Below are positions 1-12,851 of a stretch of DNA of 64,000 bases, in pieces. This DNA comes from Kondoa subrosea (Eukaryota): NCBI GenBank assembly GCA_039545335.1, contig BCIN01000001.1:1100604-1164603 (forward strand), written 5' to 3'. Made by a program: the position numbers and the translations under genes. Under the pieces are notes generated by a model, which was not told the DNA's origin, made no database searches, and saw only the letters and a program-made list of their open reading frames with translations. Every line of letters starts with the position of its first letter. Within the stretch, counting starts at the first letter, position 1.

Positions 1-1545
1 AATCTACACGCACAATCGTCTCTTTTAGAAGAGGAGGACGAAGACCTGGAGGAAGCGGAACAAGCTTTTGTTGAAGAGGAAGACGCAGACGAAGTGATTC
101 TGGCGCCGACGTCTCAAGCTCTTCTGTCAACAGCAGAAGCACATGTTCTTTCTCCTGTTGCCGAGCTGTCGTATGCTGATCTATCCCTGCCTACTACTCT
201 CGTTCCGCAATCGGAAATGACCAGAAAGAAGAGCTTCGCAACTTTCAATCAATCTAACAATTCGCTCAATCTCAATGAGCTATCCATCACTGGTAATCAA
301 TCATACACAGCTTCTATGGTCATCGATTCTACCTCTTCCGGTATTCCAAATCCTTGCATACCTCATGCTCCAGCGACTCTGACAGCACTCGCTCTAGCAA
401 CCGGTTCAGACAAGGCAGAACATCACTATGATCTCTCGACACAAACAGCTGCCAAGTTAGAAGAGATTGAACGGCATCTCAAACCTAAATCTCGCAAATC
501 CGCATCGAGTTCGGAGGAAGGATGTTTCCTCAAACTTGGACCACAACTCTTCTCTGTTAGGACAAAGCTAGGCGAAGGTGGCTTCGGTGCAGTCTTCCGA
601 GTCGCCAATACCGAAGCTCTAGAAACCGAAGATGACGAACGACCTGCCTTCCTCGCGCTGAAAGTAGAGAAACCCGCAGCAACATGGGAATTCACCATAC
701 TTCAGCGCTTAAGATCTCGAACTGCCTCAGATCCTCGAATGCTGCATTCAATCATCACGCCTTACAGCCTTTATCAGTTCGCCGACGAATCGCATTTACT
801 GCTCGAAGTTTGCGACCAAGGCACTCTTCTTGATGCAGTCAATCAAGCAAATACCTCTGGTATAGGTGCAGCAGGCGGTCAAGCAGGCATGGACGAGACT
901 CTGGCTATCTTCTTCGTCATCGAACTTCTTCGCGTCCTAGAAGGTTTCCATTCGTCTGGTTTCATTCATGGTGACTTCAAAATTGATAATGTCTTGGTTC
1001 GATTGGACGAAGTACCAGGAGGAACAAGAGCTTGGTCTAGTCAATATCAACGAGATGGATCTTCAGGCTGGTCGAGCAAAGGTATCAAGATCATTGATTA
1101 TGGTCGAGCAATTGATGTTCGAGCTTTCCCTTCACCCCAGCAACAATTCGTTGGCGATTGGCCAACGGATGGAAGAGATTGTTTGGAAATGCGTCAAGGA
1201 AGATCGTGGACTTACGAACCGGATTACCACGGTTTAGCAGGAATCGCTTACACTCTGCTCTTTGGCAAGCACTTTGAAGCGGAAGCGACTGTTCCTTCTG
1301 GCACAGGGTTACAATTGGCTGGAAAACCTTTCCGCCGGTATCATCAGGTTGAACTGTGGACTCGCTTATTTGGGCTTTTACTGGATCCTCATTCTGTCAA
1401 ATCGGATCACAGTCTACCTGTAACAGAAGAGCTCTCTTCCATGCGTCGAGAAATGGAGGATTGGCTAGAGAAGAATGCAGATAAAGGAGGCAGGAATTTG
1501 CGGTCGATGTTGAAGAAGCTTGAGATTGCTCATTTGAGTCGCTAG
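1..1545 (+). CDS. BUB1: Spindle checkpoint kinase Bub1, C-terminal kinase domain (5'-truncated by window edge)
   Basis: Frame open from base 1. Motifs LGEGGFGAVF, ALKVEKP..WEF, IHGDFKIDN, IIDYGRAID, DCLEMR.G.SWTYEPDY.GLAG and RRY.Q.ELW are characteristic of Bub1 kinases. Confidence 0.9.
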   Translation, partial: NLHAQSSLLEEEDEDLEEAEQAFVEEEDADEVILAPTSQALLSTAEAHVLSPVAELSYADLSLPTTLVPQSEMTRKKSFATFNQSNNSLNLNELSITGNQSYTASMVIDSTSSGIPNPCIPHAPATLTALALATGSDKAEHHYDLSTQTAAKLEEIERHLKPKSRKSASSSEEGCFLKLGPQLFSVRTKLGEGGFGAVFRVANTEALETEDDERPAFLALKVEKPAATWEFTILQRLRSRTASDPRMLHSIITPYSLYQFADESHLLLEVCDQGTLLDAVNQANTSGIGAAGGQAGMDETLAIFFVIELLRVLEGFHSSGFIHGDFKIDNVLVRLDEVPGGTRAWSSQYQRDGSSGWSSKGIKIIDYGRAIDVRAFPSPQQQFVGDWPTDGRDCLEMRQGRSWTYEPDYHGLAGIAYTLLFGKHFEAEATVPSGTGLQLAGKPFRRYHQVELWTRLFGLLLDPHSVKSDHSLPVTEELSSMRREMEDWLEKNADKGGRNLRSMLKKLEIAHLSR

Positions 1546-1797
1546 GAAGTGATTGTAGGGTCGGTATCATTCTTGTGTAGATAGTTCACAGCTTGTTGTA
1601 ACGTTGAGTGGTCAGACTTGGTCATTGCATGCATTTGGTTTTGGTAGACTCCATTACAATCATATGGTTTTAACACCGATCCTGATCTGCTACAACAACA
1701 GATTAGCCTAGCGTAGGATCAGTAGAAAAGCGCGTACTTCTTGACTCTTCGAGGCATCGAAAGCAATGCTTCCTTACATCCAAATGTGATGCAATCT

Positions 1798-2477
1798 TCA
1801 CTTCTTGACCCACATTTGATACTCCCATTTCGCTTCACCTTGCTCCTCCTTCTCATTCTGGCTATCCAGTTTCTCTCCAATCCAGTCTTTCAGTTCCCCA
1901 AACTCCGCCTTTTTCCAACTTTCATCCTCTTGATATTTAGGGAAGAAAGTATCGCATTCATAATCCGGTTGAAGTATAGAAGTGATGAGCAATCGATTTG
2001 TTGCTGAATGAGTTAAAGCAGAAGTATAGAGTTGAGAACCACCAATTACGAAAGCGTGGTGCAGCAAGTCTGATTGAAGATTTGACAATAGATCGATAGC
2101 TTCTGGTAAAGACGATGTAGTATGCACATCAGGCGAATCACTAAGCAGAGAGAAGAGAAAAAGCAAAGTAGATACAAAATAAGAAACGACGCGCCAGGAA
2201 AGGAAGGCAGAGGGATGGGAACGGACTGAGGGAAAGGTTTGGAAGTGACAATAATGTTAATCCTCTCTTTCAAAGGCCTGAATTTAGCTGGAATCGATTC
2301 CCAAGTCTTTCTGCCCATAATCACTGCATTTCGTTTGTTTGGCGGACAAGCAGTCGTAACGCGTAAGAAGTAGGCCATCTCTTTGGATAAGCGCCAGGGT
2401 AGAGTCCCATTCTTGCCTATCCCGTTGGAAGCTGTGCAAGCTACAATCAAAGCTAGCGAAGGTGAAGTCGAAGTCAT
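1798..2477 (-). CDS. DFR1: Dihydrofolate reductase (one intron ~2144-2229)
   Basis: LIVAC..NGIGKNGTLPWRL.KEMAYF, NAVIMGRKTWESIP.KFRPL..R.NI, FVIGGSQLY, ECDTFFP. Confidence 0.95.
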
Positions 2478-2779
2478 TGTCAAAGGTTGAAAAGGACTGC
2501 TAGGTTGGAAAACGCGTTAATAACGATATGGAACTTAGTACAAGGGTGACCAGCATTTACAAACACGAGAACAGAAGGAGATAACGATTCATACGAGAGA
2601 TAAAAGAATACTGAGACTTGAGTGCCCTGATTGAATTAGCCCTACTATTCGCACAGGAAGTGGTTTGCTTGGTTGAGGTGACGGAAAGGGAAGCGAGAAG
2701 GAGTAGAGCGTTTGCTTGACCAGAAGCGACTTGGGAGATGAACGAGACTTGAGCTGAAATTGAGATTCGTGCAAGTGGC

Positions 2780-4133
2780 TTAGAAATCTTCTTCTTCTGG
2801 CGCTTCGCTGTATTCATCGGCAACCACGTCCTGTACGTTTAGCAAAAGCGGTATCAGGATTATACTGAGTAGCGCACGCTAAGACGCACATCTGCATCAT
2901 CGCTGAACTGGTTGTCAAACTCTTGCACATCCTCAAAATCCTCTCCATCTTCAAGATCTTCAAGGACATCCCGACGGACCATCTTCCCCTTGCTGTTGTA
3001 GATAGCCCAAAGTTGACCTTTATCTCTCTAGACAATCACAAGCACTTAGAATTGCACAGCTTGGTGAAATTGCTGCAAGACTTACAGGGTTGAAGACTTC
3101 AAGGCAGATGCCAGTAGATCGCTTATCTTGAACTTGTTTGACTGTGCAATCAGCTAAAGCTTTGGTAGATTGATCCTGTCAAAAAGAAACATGTCAGAAT
3201 ATTGTATACAGCTTCTTACCGATCAATAAAAGCGAACCGTGATGTGGTCAGTAGCGATCAAGTTGTAAGTTCCTCTTTGAGATCCAGGTTTGACAATCCA
3301 TAATCTGGTAAAACAGTCAGCATCTATTTAAAGTAGCCATATGGAGAACGTACTGTTCTGTAGTGGAGATATTCAATCAGCAAAATGTCCTGCACGAGAC
3401 GCTACGATCACTTACTGTCAGGACGAACAGGACCCATCTTTGCTCGCTTTTCAACGGCATTGTATCCCTGTGCACGCTTCAATTGTGTATGTTGGTTGTT
3501 CTTGGAGCAAGCATATAGGACAGCGGCTGTGAATAGCGGACCACTTGAACACCACATATGGCTTGAGGAGATCTACTCACCCCAATCTTCACCTCGACCG
3601 AAATGCCATTGCGCTGCTCTCGCATCAGAGTGTGATTCTCAGCCATCGAAAAGTAGAAAGACATACCAGAGAAGCACTGTCAGTAACATTCTCAGCATCG
3701 ATCTGCGGCACGCAGATGTCAAGACGGTACAACTAACCTTGTTGTTCGAAGTAGCTGGAGTGACTTTCATGTACTTGCCATACTTCATCGTCTTCATCGG
3801 ACTTCCCTTGTTGGAAAGATAGATAGATTGATACTTCTTCTACTCATTCGCTTGCTATTTCAGACACAGACCCATGTGAACATTTGTAGCTTACCTGATT
3901 ATAAGCTATCATCTGACCAGTCTTGACATTCTTAAAATAATAGTTCCTGTACAGCAACATGACAGAATAAGGCAAAGCTCATGCCCTCAAAGAGACAAAA
4001 GCACGGACCCAGGATTGGGTGGTCTACTTTGAGAAGCCAGTTTCATGGCAGCTTTAGCGAATTTAGGTGTAGCTCTACTGAGAACGGCAAAAGGCACGAT
4101 GCAGAGCACCGCGAACAGTAATTGAAAGCGCAT
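2780..4133 (-). CDS. Multi-exon secreted protein of unknown function with acidic C-terminal tail
   Basis: ATG at 4133 gives signal-peptide-like MRFQLLFAVLCIVPFAVLS. Several GT..AG introns. Last exons encode VRRDVLEDLEDGEDFEDVQEFD...DEYSEAPEEEDF*. Confidence 0.55.
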
Positions 4134-4578
4134 GGCTTTGACAGGAAAATTGAGATTATTGGGCTTATGTTTTGATTTTCAAAAGGAAAGTGTAGGCGAT
4201 TGAGTGCTTCGCCGATGGAGCTGTGTGTAGTTTAAGTTGCTGAGTAGGCCGTACGAGTGAGAGAAATGCGAGAACGAAGTTTGGAAGCGAGAACGTCGAT
4301 AAAAGAATAGAAGCAATCAACATATATAAGGGAAAGGGGCCCGATCGCGTGGTGCGGTGGATCATCCTAAAGAAGCTTATCTCCTTCTCTAGCCTCCAGC
4401 ATACTCATACAGTCCTGCTCTGTACATACAGTGCGTCCAGCGCGTCTTCTTCTTTGCATGTAAAGTATCCGTCAACGGTCTCACAAAAGACTCCTCAAAA
4501 GCGATCCCAGCCAAGCTTCTAGGCCTGCCGTCCAACCTCCTCCTCTTGCTCTTATTGTGTTTTCCAGATCCATGCCAT

Positions 4579-6235
4579 TCAGCTAGATTTCTTGATGTTT
4601 CCACATCCAACACAACTCCATCTCTCATGAGGATTCTCTTCACCGCAAGCCAGGACATGACAGAACCAGCTCTCACTCGTTCTCAGATTATCTGTTGCTC
4701 TTGGACTACTAACGATCTTGCTGGCTAGATCATTTGTGAGAGTAGCTTTGACAAATTGACAAACATGACATGTTAAGAAAGATGCAGGATTAAGGTAAGT
4801 GCATGCAGCGCAATTCCATTCTGTAGAGAGCTCAGAGTCGGCAGTAGGTTTTTCCACTCGTTTTCGAGCTGGTTGAGGTGAAGCCGAAGGTTTTCTTTTC
4901 AGAGTTTTGTTTGGGCTGAGCTTGGAAGAAGAAGAAGCTTTCGGCGCTGGGTTTTTGGAACGAGAAGGAGGAAGTTTGGAAGTACTGGCTACTATCTTGG
5001 TAGTAGAAGAAATGATTTCGATATCGCTATCACTTGATTCGGCATCCGAGTCTGCAGGTCTGAAGAGAGGTATTGGTTTGCTGCTTGTAGAAGCCAAACC
5101 AGACTTTGGTATATCTGCCACTTCTTCGTCTTCCGAATCAGAAAGGGTCAGATCGACCACAGTGAGCGAATCGTTTTCCGCTTTGATTGCTTCAGCTTCT
5201 CTATCTTCTTCCTTTCCATGAGCACATTGCTTGTCATCGCGAAGACGACGATCAGCAGCCTGTGACCCTAGGTCGTGAGCATGGCTATCGTATTTTGAAG
5301 AAACAAAACTCACCTCAGCAAGAATCTGTCTGAGCGATTTCCCAGCATTGCGATCTTTTGAGCTCCCACCCAACTTGTTTCCACCAGCAGGGCCCATCAA
5401 CAATCCTAACTTCCTTCTTCGTTCCGCTTCGGCCAAAGCTCTTTGTTTCGCAACAGACGGAGGCAGATCCGAATCGCGGCGTTCGGTACTGAGTTTCTTG
5501 CCTTCGGATAAGAAACCTTGACCTGAATAACCAGAACGACGAAGATCGTCGTACTCGTCTTGTAAACCATCAAGGAATTTGTAAAACTTATCATCGTGAG
5601 GTCCATGAACGTTGTGGGTGCTGCGATAATCGTCCAAAAACTGACTAAGTCTGAGAAGAAGTAAGACTAACAGTTCGTGAAGCATTGTACCCATCAACAT
5701 CTCTTCCATATCATAAAAAGAGCTTTCATCGCTGGCTAATTCCTTACGTAAGCATAACACAAACCTAAAGACAGAACGACTGCACCTCTGCGAAGACGAA
5801 TACAAATCTTTTGACCTCGATTGCAATTGATGCCCAGTAGATTTGGGTTATCTGGAAAGAATTCGCTCTGGCGTAGGCTCACGTCAGATTTCCGACTACT
5901 TTGATCAGTTCTCATTTCCTACTGACCAGCAGTGGTAATGTCCATCCATGCTTCTTCATGACTGTGCAACGGTAGTCAGATGAATGCAAACTTTGTCCAG
6001 ACAGATTGGATCTCACTTGGATGAACAAGCTATCAACCTCAGCAAGCTAAGTAAGCCCAAGCCAGCGTTCCAACGAGAGAAGTGCACCGACAGTAGCGAT
6101 CTTTTTGAGCAGCTCCATTGCTTCCTTAGCCTTGGGCTTCTTCAGCACTGTGATTTTGATACAAGCTCCAACAGCCAAAGGTTCCGGATGGGCATCTGCT
6201 GCTGACTTGAGTACGCCTTTGCCTTGTCGTACCAT
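4579..6235 (-). CDS. WSS1: WLM-domain DNA-protein crosslink metalloprotease with C-terminal RanBP2-type zinc fingers
   Basis: TMLHEL + THNVHGPHDDKFYKFL (HExxH split by an intron), GYSGQGF, and W.C..CTY.N.....C..C fingers. Confidence 0.88.
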
Positions 6236-6491
6236 CTCTTCCGGATTCGCTACATGCAAGGATAGATCAAAATGGTCTGGTATCTCAAAGTATGGGTATG
6301 GTCGATAGTGGTCAAGAAGTGGCCGCGCTAGTTCAGCCAGGAAGATGACACAGAGCACCTGGATGGGAAGAGAACTAGCTGAAGATCCATATGAATGCAC
6401 GTGCTCCCAGTGCTCCGCTCAATCTCTGCGCCGAAGCTCCAGAAGTGAAATCATTCAAACTATGATGCAATGGTATTTGAACTGATTAAGC

Positions 6492-7793
6492 TTAATCAGT
6501 ATCATAGCACTACATAATTCATCAGCTCAATTCTCAAAAGGGTGAATACTAAATAGGTCAAGCTTTACCTGACATCTATCCAATCTTTCTGAAGTACATT
6601 CATCCTCCATCCGATTATCAAGACAGCCAAAAATGACGGGCCAACTCCTTTCGACCGCATGACCAAGAAAAGGATTGGTAGGACCACTTTCACCAGCCCA
6701 AGCAAATCTATCGCAATTCGTCAGTATGACTGACATATGAAAGTTCAAGTAAGAGACTTACCCAATGCCTTCTTTATGCAACCAGGAATCAGACCCAGCA
6801 GTAAGCGAAGCATAAAGCGATTGATATTTCGATAAAGAGTTGGCCAAAATTCGTTTTCTGCTAACTATGAATTGACCACGATAGCTCGCCAGCTGCGGCA
6901 CAGGCGGACATAGCTGTTAACATTTCATCAGCTTACGTCCAAAATGCAGCACTTGAAAGGTCATGAGGCATACCTTTTCTGTAAAGATGGAATAGATCTG
7001 AGCCGCTCGAGGATATTTGCCATTCCCGTGTAAATCATGACCGCATTGCATCTTGAAGTATTCGCCAAGAGCTAAGAAGCCAGTGTTCTGGCGCAGAAGA
7101 GGTAATCTGGTTTCTGCGACATTGAATGCATCCAAATGACTAAGTAAAACGTCACGTCAGGATCATCGAGCTCTACGCAGAGAGTACTCACTCTTGAATG
7201 AATAGAGTATGGTCTGCCAAGCCACCCAAAGCTGTAAGATTTGGCGAAGAAACTTGAGCCAGCGAGACATTGTAGCGAGAGATGATATGATATAAGAATG
7301 TTGCTCCTTCCCTGCCCACGTTCTCCAATATTTTGATGGCATCAACTTCAGTGTGCAACTTGCGCAGATCAATGCTGCTCGATTTGGTATAGATTGTAAA
7401 AGTTGGGTTCCTTTGCTCGATTTCTTCGACACTGCGCAGATAGCGTATTAGATCCCGTACTTCTTCCCCAGAACGTCCGTAGTGAGCTATTACGACCTCG
7501 AGCGACCCCTCATTAGAAGCCAAAAGGGGTGTATGGATGTTTTCGAACGACCATTCTGTCGATTCAACGCTATATAAGGGAAAAGGGCTGTAGAGAAGCA
7601 AGAAAAGAAGTAGGCTACTGAGACAGAGAAGACCGAAGAGCCGCATGAGCCTTGATTGATAGTAAACCAAGCCCAGTAAATTAGAAGAGGTCTTCACCTG
7701 GTCGTGGTGCTCGTATTTCTCTTCATCAGGATACAGAGAAGCAGAAGCCAACTCCATATCAGTATATGGACTGAATTCGGTCGGCAGCAGCAT
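6492..7793 (-). CDS. DUF3431-like type II membrane protein
   Basis: Single N-terminal TM helix. LEVVIAHY, ENVGREGATFLYHI, DHTLFIQ and GHAVERSWPVIFGC motifs. Confidence 0.7.
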
Positions 7794-8456
7794 GAAGGTT
7801 GAGCAACAGATGGAGGGTCTTCGTACAAGTCAGACGAAAGATGAGGAACAAAGGGGAACGCCAGTTGCTGGTTTCTATTCAGAGGATTGTATCAATTGCT
7901 CTGGAGCAGAGGTGACCGTAGATTCTTTCTCGTAAAGCATTCTGCTCAAGCCTTTCGCAATCCACCCGCACAGTCCGAACGGGCAGCCTTGCAGTTGCTG
8001 CACTGATGCAGAGGCTCTAAAGACGAACAAGAGCTCAACCGCTGGTAGGACGTTGAGCAGATGAGCTGAGTGTTTACAGCAGACCGAATGAAACTCGAGA
8101 TGTCAACAAGTCGGATTCAGCAAGATGTAGCTGAAAGGCAGGAGCAGAGTAGCGTCTTCTGTCCGCTCGACCCTGGCAATTAGCTAGCAATGAATAGAGC
8201 TCAACGTTGGAGCAGAAGCTGTAACAGAACCATGTTCATGTTCACAAGACAAAGGCAGACGAAGCGGGAAAGGAATGCTTTGCGCATAAAGATTGCCGAC
8301 TGAACTGTTAGCGCACAAGAGGGGTCGCCCTTTGCTCGGAAAGATTGATTGTAGTCGCCGATACATGTCGAACGCAGCTGTCACAATTCGAAAAGTCAAT
8401 GTGTCAAAACCCATTGAAGTCCATCTCCGTGATACATCGTACAGACTATACGGCTT

Positions 8457-10411
8457 CTATCTGTTTCCTCTCCGAGGCATTGACAGCATGCTGCCTCGAC
8501 TAAAGGGCTTTTCCGATAGTTCCGACAGATGGGATGGTAAACCCAGAGGTTTCTTTTCGTCCTCTTCGATGTACGCAGTAGCGGGCTCTGAATTAAGATC
8601 ATTAGCTCATGTTGATCTTCCTGGAACAAATGCCAATCACCGTCAGTGACAACATGAGTTCTGACAAAGATCAGTCGACCGCGGTAGTTTTGCAAGAAGC
8701 ATGACTCACTGAGTTACAACATGCAAGCGGAGAACAGTCGGCGTTCCGAAGCGACTCTTTGAGCGCATTCGCGATACTGTAATGAAGCATATCAGAGTCA
8801 GTCGGCGCAAATTCATTTGACTTAGGACATACTCGAGCCACCTTCGGTCTTACTTTGGAGCAGTGCTCTGCCTCCCAAAATGATAGCTGACAATAAACAG
8901 CCGAACCTGATATCAACCAATGGGAATGAGTGCAAAAATCTTGACCAGATGTGAGGCCAGAACTGACCCGTGAATATAATATGGTAGATAATTAGAGATG
9001 AAGTTCGTTCGGCCCTCGTTCATATTAGACAGATGACCCCTGATTGTTGTAGTATAGAGTTGTCCAGCTAGAAGTGACCCTTGTATGAGCTTGGCTAAAC
9101 CGTTGCAGAACCAGACCTACCAACGCATGCGATCCAAAGACTCGAGAAGATTGTATAGACCGTTAAAAGGCTTTGCATCTTGGTCAATCCAGTAGAAGAG
9201 TCATCTGTTCTGGTAGAACTTGCATGTCGAATCTTTACACTTCGTCGCATCGCTACAATCTGCGTCAAATGATGAGCTCATACCATCAAGCACTAGATAC
9301 GGGACTCACTAGAGCAGCTGCAGCTGGGTTGAAGAGTACCAAAAGCAGAGTAATAGTGACCAACGAGATGTAGCTTATCGTCTAAAGCAGGATCATATTA
9401 CTCGAGGAGTCGGATGAGCGAGTGGATAACTGACCTGTATTAGCTGATCCATTGACTTCAATGCCGCTTTCTGCTAGAGTATTAAGACATCTTCGTCATA
9501 AATCAAGGCTCAATAGAACTGACCAATTCCAGGAGAGCCACAATATTAGGTGGTCCCGAAGGTAAGCTGTCAAGCAGGAGCCTTCCTTGTATCAATGCCT
9601 TGGCATGATGCTCATTCCTGCTTTCTTTATCAGACTCGGATGGCCTTAAGTGAGCACCAACTTACGCAACGAATCTGCGCTAGAGAATAAGTCTCAATCC
9701 CAGCGAAGAACGAAGAGACACAGCTTACGCTAAGGTGACGAGCGTTATTAGTAGTCCGACCGGTACGAAATATTGGATGAAGTGAAAGACGAAGGCATTC
9801 GGTCGATACTGAGTAAAACGACTACCTCTAACCGCACGCTGAGAATTGAAGACAGACAAGGCAGAGAAGATCATACTATATCAAGGATATGTCAGTATAT
9901 AAATGCCTTGGTATGGCGAAGATGACGGACGAAGATGCGACTGCCACGCCGGCAGCGGCAAGAATGGTCGAAGGGATGACAGTGTATGCAATTTTATTCT
10001 GCTGATGTCCACCAAGACTGAAATAATCAAACTAAGCTCATGTCAGGCAGAAGCTAACAAAGAGCTCACACATCATGTTGCAGCCTGTAAATACAGGCAC
10101 CAAGCTGAAGTCCACTATACGCGCTTGCCATGGGTAGCCACAGACATAATGCATTCGCTTGAACAGTGCCTTCACTTATCCGGAATAGCCAGAAAGCACC
10201 TTGTCTTCTTTTAGAGATAGCATCGAAGATGAATACTGCCAGCAGCAAGAAGGTAGCCAGACCGTGAAGAGCGGCGAGAAAGAAGAGTTGCTTGCGTTCG
10301 CTGTAAAATCTAGGAATCAGCCATTCGAAGCCAATTAGACATCTCCAGTACTGACCTATCGCTCGCTATTGGTTCTAGGAGTTTCATCAAGCTTGCCAAT
10401 TGGGCCTCCAT
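8457..10411 (-). CDS. Multi-pass membrane protein of unknown function (many introns)
   Basis: ATG 10411 (MEAQLASLMK). Hydrophobic exons such as LAALHGLATFLLLAVFIF and ISLVTITLLLVLFNP. Last exon ends ..SMPRRGNR* at 8457. Confidence 0.5.
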
Positions 10412-11075
10412 GCTTCCTGAAGCAATGTGTATGAATATGAACAAAAGTAGGTGATTGAGGTAGACAGTTTGAGAGGAAGCTTTGCAATGCAACCAGTCAA
10501 AGATAGACAAGCTGGTACATGGAAGATTGATGGAGATCCGCACGCAGAGAAGCGACCGAAACGTGACACATCAGGAGGTGCGCGACAGACAGGTCCGATC
10601 TCGCTCGACCTGTCGATGACTATCAATCCGGAGTTTGCACGACCCTCTTGAGCTTGAAGGGCACGTGCAAAGCGCTCAGCAGCTCTCAATGCCTTCCTGG
10701 ATTGACTTATGAAGCCGGGACCGACTCTGAAAGTGGAACATAGCAGCAGAAGAACGGCTATCGAGCAGTGAGAGAGTCGATATTGAAAGGACAGTATTGA
10801 TCAGCAGGGAAGAAGACCGAGATACAGCTTGAGAGGCATCAAAAGGACTTCACAGAAAAGTCGCACTTTTGAGGGCATACAGACTACTTGACTGCCTTTT
10901 TCCTGAGTCAGCGCTTATCATGAGCGCTTGCTCAGCAGGCCTGCTGCGTGCTTGAAATCCGTTACAGTAGCTTGTCAGACGCAACGGTTTCTGAACAACA
11001 AAGGATCTCGCGTAATTTCGAATTTCTCAGAAGGCGTTCTCTTGCTTTTCTTGCTCCAATCTTCAAACAGCCAAG

Positions 11076-12789
11076 ATGCCTACTGAAGTGCTGAAGGCCT
11101 CGAGCTCAAGTTTCAAGCAATCCGCCGTAGCAGACGCGTTGATAGATGCTCGCCAAATTGTCTGCCTCACTGGAGCTGGGATCAGTACCAGCGCTGGCAT
11201 TCCAGTCAGTCGCAAGCGTCTCGTCATGTATTATACAAGCTGATGCCCTCTGCAGGACTTTCGATCCAAAGAAGGTCTCTATCAAATGGTCAATAAACAT
11301 GTCGCGCAAACTCTGGCAGCCCAAAAGAGTAGCAGCAGCTCAGCGCCTGATCTTAAATCATTGCAGAATATGCAGGGCAAGGTACTTTAGACGCGTTTCC
11401 TTCAGGTCAGCTACTGATGCTGTACAATAGGATCTCTTCTCAGCCAATGTCTTTCGAGATCCAGCACAAGCCGCTATCTTCTACAGCTTCATCGCATCTT
11501 TATACTCTTCTTCCTTAGGTCAAGGAGTCAAACCTACCAAAACGCATCGCTTTATAGCCAAATTAGCAAACAAGGGCAAACTGCTTCGTTGCTTTACGCA
11601 GAATATCGATTGTCTAGAAGAACAAGCAGGTCTTTCTTCAGTCTTGGACAGACAAGCTTCTTCCCCTTCTTCTTCTTCACCAAGTAGCAATAAAGGGAAA
11701 GGGAAAGTCAAATTTGAAGGAGAAGTCGTTCAATTGCATGGACGCATAGATCGATTGAAATGTGGATGTGGATATGAAGGAGCATGGACAGAAGAAGTCT
11801 TATTGCAATTCTCACTTGGTCAAGCTGCACCATGTCCCGATTGCGATTCAAGAGGTATGTCTTTATCGGAAGCAGGTCACTTCGAATAATGCTGATTGCT
11901 TGACTCAAAGCTGCCGACCGAGCTCGAAGATCAAAAAGAACAGTTCGATCGGTCGGTCACTTTGGAACGCTCAAACCCGCTATTCTGCTTTATGATGATC
12001 CATCACCGCCAAGTACAGCCGAAACCATTCTCGAAATTGAACAGCATGATTTGGAAAAGAAAGTTGATTTGATCCTCGTTATGGGCACAAGTCTGAAAGT
12101 TCCGGGTTTCAAGCTGCTAGGTAAGAAAATAAATCCATCTTTGGCTGCCGCGAGAGACTCATCATTTACACTTAGTCAAAGACTTTATTACCGAATCACG
12201 GAAACGCTCCTCCACTGGTAAATCAAAGTCAAAGATTTGCGCTATCCTGGTCAATGAGACCAATGTTCTTACCTCTGAATGGAACGGAATCTTTGATTAT
12301 CACGGTAAGTCACTTCTGGTCCCTATTTGTCTTGAAGCTGAACATAGCATAGTAATGGACAAGTGCGATGACTTTGTGGACCGAATAACGAAACGTTGGA
12401 AGAGTCGGAAACCTGAAGATTGGCTTCAGCAGAACGTACTTACCACTCTGGCCAACACCAAATCGAGCAAAGCTGCTGCATCCGTGTCGATCAAACCTAA
12501 GGCCTCTGTAGACAAGGGCAAAGGGAAACAGAAAGCGCTCGAAGAAGAAGGTGAATCGCAAGAGTTGCAGGCGAAACTCTCTCGTCAACGGGAGCGCACA
12601 CCTCCACCTCAATCGCTCAGAAAGCAACCTTCCATTATCTCAATACCTTCTTCTCCTGTACGACCTAGTTCGAAGCGCAAAAGTGGTGCAGAAGAACCAG
12701 AAGCTGTTATTGATCTCATTTCGTCTTCACCACCTCCGATCGTGCGAAGAACGAAACGAGTCAAGAGAGAAGTATCTCCAGAATTGTAG
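11076..12789 (+). CDS. NAD-dependent deacetylase (sirtuin), Hst3/Hst4-like
   Basis: IVCLTGAGISTSAGIP, DLFSANVF, PTKTHRFI, LLRCFTQNIDCLE, VVQLHG, CPDC and VMGTSLKV. Confidence 0.88.
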
Positions 12790-12851
12790 ATCTTACAATG
12801 CACTGTACACTAATATACTATATATCATCTAATGACACTTTTCTTGACTCT

